DNA of 64,000 nt from Diplonema japonicum (Eukaryota; Protista; Euglenozoa: Diplonemea): assembly GCA_964019335.1 (NCBI GenBank), contig OZ025678.1:124001-188000 (forward strand), written 5' to 3'. The translations under genes and the position numbers were made by a program. Of the stretch, positions 55,146-64,000 are shown piece by piece. The notes beneath the pieces were generated by a model. It saw nothing but the letters and a program-made list of their open reading frames with translations, had not been told where the DNA came from and ran no database searches. Positions within the stretch are counted from its first letter, which is position 1. Each line of letters starts with the position of its first letter.

Positions 55146-58033
55146 ATGTCTAATTTAACCTATGAAGAGCAGTTGCGTGAGGCGATGGTCGAGCTCCGAG
55201 AGCAGCTAGAATGCGATATGGGGTTTGCAGACGGGAAAACTGTTTTCGATTCAGAGTTCCTGCTCCAGAACTACGGCCCCTTGTACATCAAGTACCTCAT
55301 GGTTATGAGAAAACTGGAGAACTGCTATGACCAACTGCTTCACCCTCAGAAACGTGCTGACGTAAGGGTAGTTCTTGATGCCACCATCGGACGCATGCTG
55401 GAGATCAAGAAGAACCTCGTCCACCACTGCGGTGACTACATAAACTACGATGACGTGCTGATTGATCTGAAGCTCGTCCCCGAGACGCTTGAAATTCCAA
55501 TCCCCCGTTATTACACGGAAGAACGCAAGAGAGAGCTCGGCGACCGGAAAAAACTGTTTGAAACATGGGCGCAAACCGACCCTTCCCCAGCCGATCCGAA
55601 ACCAGCGGATGACGACAACCTGCCGATTGACATCACGACTGCAATCACCATTCTGCAGTGTAATGAACGGGGACGGCAGGGCCGCCTCCGCGCAAAATTC
55701 ATGAAGGAGATTCGAGACCAAGAGGAGCGTGAGAGGAAAGTCCTCGCGGAAGGACAGATAGAATCCGATTTGCAGCAATCCGCCACGAAAATTCAAAAAC
55801 ATTTCAAGGGGTTTCTCGCAAGGAAACGGTGTAAAGAGCTCAAGCGACAAGAGCTCGAGTTTTTGGGGATGGAACTCCCTGCAACAGACCGCGTGGCACA
55901 AGAGGCTGAAAAGCTCAACAAAGTACTGCATCGCAGGAAGCTCGCGCAACAACAAAACTACCAACAGTTAGAAGTCGACCGATCTACCCTCCGGCAGGAG
56001 ATCAAAGACCAAGAGGGAGGGAGGCTTATGGAAGAGGTCCACGATGAACTGTTGGAGCAAATTATAAAATTGAAAACGAACGCAGGGGAGAACGACAAAT
56101 GGTGGGAGTTTCCTTCGGTGGAGGAAGGCGGTTCACGAAACCCAGAATGGATGGCCGTCCGAACAGAACCATCAGGCGACGAACAGGCAGCAGGAGCAAC
56201 ACAAGACGCCGCAAAAACATCTGGAGGAAAGGACGGGAAGAAGAAAAAAGAATCGAAAAAAAAAGAAGGGAAAAAGGGGAAAAAAGGAGACGACTCTTCC
56301 GAGACAAAGGTCGAGGTCATACCGGCGTCGAAATTCTGGCCCAGACTCCACGAAGGGACGGATAGATACGTGACGGTGTGGCAGGACAGGTTCGAACCAA
56401 CAGATTTCTTGCAAAAATACGACAAAACACTTCTCAGAGCCGAGATCATGGAAGGTCCCGGCGGCTTGGAAGCGGAACTCCGTGGGTACGTTGACGCTCT
56501 GATTCGTGTGGAGATCCACAATTTACAAATGGGCCTCATGGCCGGCACGGCTAAAAAATCAAAGGGCAAAAACAAAGGCAAGAACAAAAAAGAGAAAAAA
56601 GGCAAAACAGGCGGGAAAACAGGCGACAGTTCAGACAAGGTCAAAGCGCAAGACGTGTACAACCTCTGCAGAGAACTGTACTGGATTAAGTTCATCCCGA
56701 ACATCCCGGAGGTGAAGGTCGCCGACTATATCGGCGCGCACAATTTAATGGGAAGGGTCGAAGAGGAAGCCTCGCAGATCCAAGGTGGCCAGATAGAAGA
56801 AATCTCCCGCAAATGGCAAGAACTCCTCGACAAATGGGAGGAAGATCCGGAACAAGCTAAGGTCATCGAAAGATCTATTTGCATGAAGAAGGAGGAGTTC
56901 CAAGCACTGTTCACAGAATGGAAAAAGGGAAACCCGTCAACCAACGTCGGTACCCTATTCGAACCCTCTATGGCTCAGGTGAGACAAGCGGTTACAGAGT
57001 ATTGCATCCTACCGTTGGGTTCACAGACAATTCGAGATTTGGTCGATCCCGGCGGCGACGAAGCGAAAAAACCTGAAAAAGCCGGGAAAAAAGCTCCTGC
57101 TGCCACCAACGGTATGGCCGCGCTCTTCTACGGCGCGTCATTGTCAGGCAAGACTATGATGTCCCACGCCATAGCGAACGAAACAGGGTCTTTGTTCTTC
57201 GATCTAACGCCTACCGGACCCGCCTTTCAGGACGGGCGGTATTGCTCTCCAGGACCTATAAAAATCCTCCTTGCAATGGTGTTCAAGGTCGCTAGGGCGT
57301 GGGCCCCTGCGGTAATATACATCGATAAGGTCGATGCGGTGTTTTGCAAGCGAAAGGGGAAAAACAAAAACCCGGAGCTGGACAAGGTGGTGAAGCCTCT
57401 CAAGAAAGAACTGCTCTCTTCCATGAAAACCCTCGAGCCGACCGACAGGGTCTTGGTGCTAGGAAACTGCCATATTTCAGAAGAGGTGTTGAAAGCACAG
57501 GATGTATGTTTTGAAAGAAAAAAAAAAAAAAAAAAAAAAAAAAAAACAGGAAATGCTGTCATTTTTCAAGGTTGCCTTGTACTTCCCGCACCCCGACTAC
57601 GCATCTCGAATGCTTCTTTGGACAACATTAGTTAAGAAAGCAGGGGGCAGTCGGGCTGTTACCCTCCCCGATACCGATTTCGAGATCTTAGCATACATGA
57701 CTACTAAGTGCACCTCGGGTGTCATTGCTAACGTGATAGCTGAAACGCTAACTAAAAGAAGAATAAGGCGGCTGAACCACCGTCCCATTAAAGCCGACGA
57801 GTTTTTGAACTCACTTGTGAAATACAAGCCTGTTTTTAAAGAAGACTGGCTCATGATGAAGGTACCGGGAAAAAAAAAAAAAAAAAAAATCGAGAAAAAA
57901 AAAAATACAGGAGTTTAGTTTGAAAGTGCCCTTCGGGACCCCCGGCAGGCGCAAGAACCCAGATGATGACAAACGCCCGGTGGACGACGAAGAAGGAAAA
58001 GGGAAGAAAGGGAAAAAAAAAGGAAAGAAATAA
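55146..58033 (+). CDS. IQCA1: IQ and AAA domain protein (dynein regulatory complex DRC11); introns 57504-57549 and 57862-57910
   Basis: YDQLLHPQKR, QCNERGRQGRLRAKFM, IQ motif ATKIQKHFKGFLAR, EYCILPLGS, Walker A GASLSGKT and PHPDYASR. Confidence 0.93.
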
Positions 58034-58135
58034 TTTTTTTTTTTGTAACTCCCCCCCCCCTCGAGAGAGGTAACTTTTTTTTTCCCCCCCACTCGTTCTA
58101 AGTCAGAAAAAAAAGGATTTCTTTTTTTTTTAAAT

Positions 58136-58844
58136 ATGCAGTACACACGCGAAGAAGAGACATGGGGTGTGGTGGTGAAGAGCGATGACGCGGAAGTGTT
58201 CGAAGTCTTAGAATTTACATCTCTCCGAATTTCAAATGTAACCTGTGAAAGTGCAAACTGCACAGTAGGCCTGACTTGCGAGATTAACGGTTCAGTAATA
58301 CCCCTCTGTGTGGTGAATGGCGGTGAAAATCAATCTCTTGAATTTGTCATCCCCGCCGGGTACAAGGCCATCATGAGAATCACCATTCTAAAAGGGAAAA
58401 AAAACAGGGTTGTGAGCCTTTCGGTTACAGGCACCCTCCAAGTAGAATCTGTACCACCGGCCCCTGAAGCTTTGGAATGTTCTGATAGCGAAGAGCAAGA
58501 AGGAGATTTTCTAACTGAAGAGTCTCCCAGAAGAAAACCTATTCGACAGGATGACGACTCCGACGCGACAGTGGAATTAGACACCTTACCCAGACTGCCC
58601 AGTTCATGGGGAAGAATGAGTAGAGAGCAGAAATTAGAAGCCATTAGGCGGATAAAAGGTATAAAGAGACCCCCCCACCACCGCAACACAAACAGATGGC
58701 GAGAAGTTCACAAGAAACTCTGACACTGACTCCACCTTCGATGAATCGGTGGAGGAAGAAGAGGACGGTGAGTTCGATGAAGAATTTGAAGAAGATGGTG
58801 ACTGGATGGACATGATTGGGGACGACAGCGAGGATGATTTCTAG
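58136..58844 (+). CDS. Nucleoplasmin-like (NPL) domain protein with acidic tail; intron 58659-58695
   Basis: TWGVVV...LRISNV...IPLCVV...QSLEFVI...LSVTG beta pattern. Splicing a 37-nt intron adds a D/E-rich C-terminus ending at TAG 58842-58844. Confidence 0.65.
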
Positions 58845-59008
58845 CGAACGAAAACCATCCCCCCCCCCTTTTTTATTTTTTTATCTCTTTTTTCTTTTTT
58901 TTTTTCCCCCAATCATTCGTCTTTTTTTTTTTTTTTTTCCCTGTCCCATTTCTTACAAAAAAAAAAAAAAAAAAAAAAAAAAGAGAGAGTAAAAAAAAAA
59001 AAATAATA

Positions 59009-60322
59009 ATGTGGACACCTGGTGCCGGCGGGGGTCGAAGCCAGCCAGTCTCGTTCGATGACAAACCTGTAGGAAAGCCTCCCCCGTCAATGGGCGGCGG
59101 TGGTGGTATGATGGGTGGTGGTGGGGGTTTCGCAGCCCAACCAAAAATGCAACCAACATCTGTGAAGGTGAAACGTTCGACCGCCGCCGACAATTTCTAC
59201 AAACAAGCCCAGAGAGACGGGGGCCACAGGGTGGCGAAGAAGAGCAACGCAGCCAAACAAACACCCGGAATGCCCCCGAAACGGCCGAATTTCCTAATGT
59301 GCTATCTGTGCGGCCAACAATTTGGAAAAGCATCCCTTCCAATCCACCAACCACAATGCTTTATGAAGAAGCTAGTAGAATGGGAACGAGGCGACCCCGC
59401 GACAAGAGGCGCACAACCCGTTCACCCAGACGAGATGGCGGAGAAGATCCCAGCGGTACAGGACACATCAAGAATGACTTCCTCAGAGATTGATGCGTAC
59501 AACGATGCTCAGTTTCAGCATTTTAATGATAATATGGTTTCGTGTGAAAATTGCGGGCGGACGTTTTTCCCCGAACGGCTTGCGGTACATCAACGCAGCT
59601 GCCGGCCAGATGCGTCAGGTCGGGGGTCTAAGCCTGTCAACGGTAAAACAAATACAACTGATGTGGTCGCCTCGCAGCAACGATCAGCGTCTCCTCCTAT
59701 CCGTGGCGGGGCAGGGTCGTACACCCTTCCAGAGGAAGACGAACAACTCGTTGAAGATATACCTATTCGCCCTCAAAAGAAAATTGCCGCGCCGCCTCCT
59801 TCGCCTTCTCTCGAACCGTGCCCTCAGTGCGGGCGGCGGTTCGTTCCTAAAAAACTGGAAGCTCACATGGCTGTGTGCAAGGGCCCGTCGCCAGCCGGGA
59901 TGAGTGCAACAGGAGCCCCGCGCACCGGGCCCGGTGGGAACCCATTGCCGACCTTTGAAGAGAGTTTGATGCCGTGCCAGTATGAAGGGCGGGAAAAGAC
60001 AAAAAAAAAAAAAAAATAGATATTGTGCAAGGACCTTCGCGCCGGACAGGCTTTCCAAGCACGAGTCAGTTTGTCCTTCAGCTAAGCTTGGTGGTAACCC
60101 TCCTCCCGCGAGACCTGTGACACAACGGAAATCGTCAGTTCCGGGTATGTGGAAACGAGGGGGGGGAAAAAAAATGAAACTCCTCACTCAGCTACAACGG
60201 CAGCGCCATCGCCTGCCTCCACACTGCCTGCAGTCGGTGGAAAGCCCAAATTCTGCCAAGAATGTGGAACTAAATTCACGACTGTGCCTAAATTTTGTCA
60301 AGAATGCGGCACACGAATTTGA
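59009..60322 (+). CDS. C2HC zinc-finger protein (ZC2HC1/ZNF474-like); introns 59980-60019 and 60145-60191
   Basis: Four CxxC...HxxxC fingers (e.g. CENCGRTFFPERLAVHQRSC) and a C-terminal double FCQECG zinc ribbon. Confidence 0.88.
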
Positions 60323-60509
60323 TTTTTATTTTTAATTTTTTTTTTTTTTTTTTTTTTTTTCCCCGCTCTCCCGTTTCTTTCCCCCCTGCCATCCCCTATT
60401 TCTTTTTTTAATATTCTTTCTGTTCTGAGTGAGTGTGACCCACTTCTTCTTTTTTTTTTTCTTTGTGATATATAAAAAAAATTCATAATGCATGCGTGCT
60501 TGCTGCCTC

Positions 60510-60550
<41 letters not shown>

Positions 60551-61042
60551 GAGGGGATCAGTCGGAAAGGAAGATGAAAATATTTCAATACAGACAGGAA
60601 AAATTTAAAGAGAAAAAGGGGGGAGAGCTTACAGAGAATGGAGGAAAGCAGGAGTTAGAGAACTAGCGGGACGTAGCAGTCTCTCTTTTTTGTTTCTTGT
60701 GGCCGTTTCAAAAGTAATATTCCCTCTTGGTGCCCCACACGAAGGAAGTAGGAGACAATGATGAATGGTCGAATAAAAAAAAATGTTTTTTTTATTAGTT
60801 TCCCTGTTGCTATAAGCCGTCCCTCCCTTGGGGGGGTGACCCAGCGAGGTGCCCTCCCTGCCCCCTTTTTTTTTACCACCCCCTCCCCCTTCAACACGTT
60901 TCCTTTCTCTTTTCTTTTTTTTTTCTTTTAGATAACTATTTTCAACCAAAAAAAAAATTAAAAAAGAAGAAGAAATAAAAAATGCTTCCCCCCCCCCCCC
61001 CCCACCCCGCCAAGATTTCATCTTTTTTTTTTAATACATTAA

Positions 61043-62800
61043 CTCGTCCGGGAAAAAATGTCAACAAACGACCCCCCCACTGTGGCGGCAAAATCCTGTT
61101 AAATTTCTAAGTAGAAAAGTGGTAAATATCGTTCCCGAAGTGCTCGAGAGGGGGTACAAAAAGCAAGTCAAAAAAAATCGACTGTAAAATTCTATAAAAA
61201 GCTATTTAAGGCCTTCTTGACGCGGTTCGTACGTGCCCCAGGGCTGGGGGACTTCTTTTTTGACCCCGAGAGGGGTTTCTGGGGGGTATCCCCGGCAAGG
61301 TGGTAGTCTTTGAAGCACGGAGTCACGCAAAGTTGTACCAAGCAGGCTGAACACTGAAATAGGGGTCTTTTCGACTTGCAATGCTTGCACGCACGTTGCG
61401 CTACTTTTTCGGGGAAATGGTCCCAGAAGGTGCTGTCGCGGCGCATTGGGGTCTCAGGGCACTCGTTCTGTGTTTCGGGGCATGGTATTGCTCTGTAGTT
61501 GACTTTAGCTGTTGTTTGGGCAGCCTCCCTAGTAGCCCTTCGATGACTGCCTCTTTGAAAGGCGTGAATCCACTGTCGTTCGTACTCAGGGTGTTGGGGG
61601 GCAATGCTACTTTCCAAACAAACCGGGCATTTGCCAGAGATTTATCTAACAAGTACGAAAATACTTTCAGGGGCCACTTCGAAGTCATAAGGGTGCGTTT
61701 ATGGCGTTTTGTCACAGCGTCACCCAGCGTCGGTTCCGCCCATTGCGGTGTTGTAAATATGCACTTGAGGGCCTCCGGCTTTCATTAACACGCCAAATTT
61801 GACTTCACCAGAACATCCAACGTCGACAGAAAGCGCACAGGCTTGATGGCATGCCACGTTGTGGTGCAAAGGATGCTCACGTGCTGGTGGAACTGGGTGT
61901 CCCCACAGGGTGCACGTCCTTGGGCTTGCGGACTCGCTTTGGCATCCGTGATCTTCGGGAGGCCTTTGCGATAGGTAGAAGTCAGCACGCTTGTTTGTTT
62001 CGCTGTGGAAGATTTCCCAGAATAGTCAAAAAGCAGTCTCTTGACATGACGGTGGCGTACCCAGGGGTGTGGTTGAGAGGCGTGGAGCCAGTACGCCAGT
62101 AGTCAGAATAATCTGGCATGATATCAAGTCCATCGACAAAAGGGCACCTAGGAAGGTATGCAGAGAAGCAGCATCGAGATCCAGGGAAACACCTTTTTTA
62201 GCCGCATTTGCAACATTGTTCGAAGTTATGACCCGAATAACGTTTGGGACGAGCATTTGGGAGAATTTTTGGTACGGCGTTGAGCCTCTGATGTCAAAAC
62301 AGGGTCCACAAGGATTCCGATCTTCACGAAACTGGATGCCTTCCAACTGCTCCGGCTTTGTCGTCCAATCACCCTGCTGTGACTCGGAATCGGTCGAATT
62401 CGTATCAGAATCACTGTCTGTATCAAAATTGCATAATAGGGATGAGCCATCAGTGCTACCATCACTCATAATGTCCTTTCCGGCCTCTTTCTGGGTGCCC
62501 TTTTTTGAAGTGATTTTTAAGGGTAAATTTGGGCTGGCGTTTTTTTTTATTTTTTAGTTTATATTTTCCGCGCAGGACCCCGGATGCGAGAAGTGGCCGG
62601 GCTGTACTGCATTGAAAGCCCTTTGCGCAAAAGATTTTTTTTCAAATCGTCTCTATAAAGACGCTCGTTGGTAGATGGTTAAGGATCCTTTAGAAAAAAA
62701 GAGAAAAAAGAAAAAAAAATGACAAAACCTCAGCAAAGGATAGAGAATGCATACAAAAAATCTTAAATTTTTTCGAACGACGATTCTTTATCCGGACGAG
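61043..62800 (-). mobile_element. Degenerate piggyBac-like element (second family)
   Basis: Left TTAA then CTCGTCCGG(G/A)..AAA TIR, with the right TIR ending at 62800 (right TSD degenerate). Fragments KWPLKVFSYLLDKSLANA and CKHC...CSACLVQLCVTPCFKDYH. Confidence 0.85.
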
Positions 62801-62946
62801 CTCAAAGTTCAATAACATTTGTTGCTATAAAAACAAAAAAAAAAAAAAAAAAGAAATCAGAAGGGATCGGAGGTGGGAGGGGGAAGAGGGAGGAACCCGG
62901 AGAGGGGAAACAAAAACAAAAAAAAAAAAAAAAAACCGACTAAATA

Positions 62947-64000
62947 ATGGATCACGCCAGAGCGCAAACGGCTCTACAAGCATTAGAGAAAGGTCTGAGG
63001 TATTCGAACAATTCTTCAAACACACGAAGCGCCACTGCAATACAAGAAGTCGAAGCCACCGCGACCCCCACAAGAAGACTGGATCTTAACGAAAGCATCG
63101 GCGGGACGAGCACCACCAGCACATTCCGAAGCGCAAGTGTAGGACTCACATCGGCATATGATTACAGAAAAATGATGTCGCCACCACCTGCACCAGAACC
63201 GACAAGACACGCCAGGCCTTTGAACACGGCCGTGACCCACAGAAGGGTACCATCACCTTCTTTCGTAAACAGTGTCAGAATACCAACCGTTTCCTCCCCA
63301 CCGCCCAACCCAATGTACAATTCTCTTATACGTGACTTGAGGGTTCCCCGAAGAATATCTCCTCCAAGAAAACCTGTTGTTCCAGTTATCCCATCACGTA
63401 CTTTGTCGAAACCAGTGCAGAGTAGAGGGATCAGCCCGAGTTTGTCTCCGAGGAGGGTTCCTAGCATGTCTCCGCCTGTGCCGGTTGTAACGGAACAGAA
63501 GAGAAAAAACCCGGTAAACGCGTCGCCAAAAAGGATTCCGAATCCTTTTTTAGCAGAGATAGCTTCGTCGGGGTTGTCGGAAAGGTGTTTGGACTACCTT
63601 GTGAAGAGCAAGGAGGAGGTGCAGCAACAACAGCGAAATCATGATTTGTTTCACTACGAAGGTCTTCCGGACCCTGTTGTGTTCAACTGTATCCGAGCGT
63701 GTATCAACGACACGGTGGGCTGCTTGGTCAGCCGTGGGGACGGTGTTATCGTCGTAGCCCCATTTGCCGCAGAGCTGAAGAACACAATAACCGCTAGAAA
63801 TGATGTTTTTATCACAAGCGTTTCGGGTCCTAAGGACGTGATTACCGCGCCGACGGAAACAGAGCTTGAAGCAGGATGGGTTCAACGGCATTCTCTGGTC
63901 GTGATGCAGACCCCTGGGTTGTGTGAAGAGTGCTCCGACACCGAGATGAGCGATATTATTTTTTGGACCGTCTCGAAAAAAATGCATTTTTTGCTGGTTG
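62947..64000 (+). CDS. Hypothetical protein, 5' part (runs off window)
   Basis: The frame from ATG 62947 is open to the window end, with a Pro/Ser-rich N-terminus followed by a globular-looking region. Confidence 0.75.
   Translation, partial: MDHARAQTALQALEKGLRYSNNSSNTRSATAIQEVEATATPTRRLDLNESIGGTSTTSTFRSASVGLTSAYDYRKMMSPPPAPEPTRHARPLNTAVTHRRVPSPSFVNSVRIPTVSSPPPNPMYNSLIRDLRVPRRISPPRKPVVPVIPSRTLSKPVQSRGISPSLSPRRVPSMSPPVPVVTEQKRKNPVNASPKRIPNPFLAEIASSGLSERCLDYLVKSKEEVQQQQRNHDLFHYEGLPDPVVFNCIRACINDTVGCLVSRGDGVIVVAPFAAELKNTITARNDVFITSVSGPKDVITAPTETELEAGWVQRHSLVVMQTPGLCEECSDTEMSDIIFWTVSKKMHFLLV

Overview
Eukaryotic nuclear DNA, most likely a euglenozoan and probably a diplonemid-like protist. This assignment is inferred from a trypanosomatid-type PA26 gene, KAP-like proteins, strict co-orientation of genes and canonical GT-AG introns. 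All ~30 host genes and pseudogenes lie on the + strand and are separated by homopolymer-rich spacers. Many are split by very short (35-72 nt) introns that usually begin GTATG, end in AG and are A-rich instead of carrying a polypyrimidine tract. The dominant feature is a 12-member family in two clusters (14.2-23.1 kb and 44.5-54.7 kb). It encodes putative mitochondrial nucleoid proteins: an N-terminal presequence, a Lys/Ala-rich histone-H1-like domain of variable length, and two KAP4/TFAM-like HMG-type boxes. Other genes include a Kv channel (3' part), PA26, CK1, a FUT8-like glycosyltransferase, PCYT2, a PDZ protein, COMMD3, a WW/polyQ protein, a HECT E3, SMYD-Sel1, RMD1/DUF155, IQCA1/DRC11, a nucleoplasmin-like protein and a C2HC zinc-finger protein. 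Mobile DNA comprises an APE-RT LINE with an N-terminal 2A-like motif, two piggyBac remnants, two related pogo-like elements and a Sola-like TIR remnant. A further TIR element carries tRNA-like cassettes with a nested poly(A) retroposon, and there are several short palindromic or SINE-like repeats. All calls come from reading the sequence by eye; no database searches were run.
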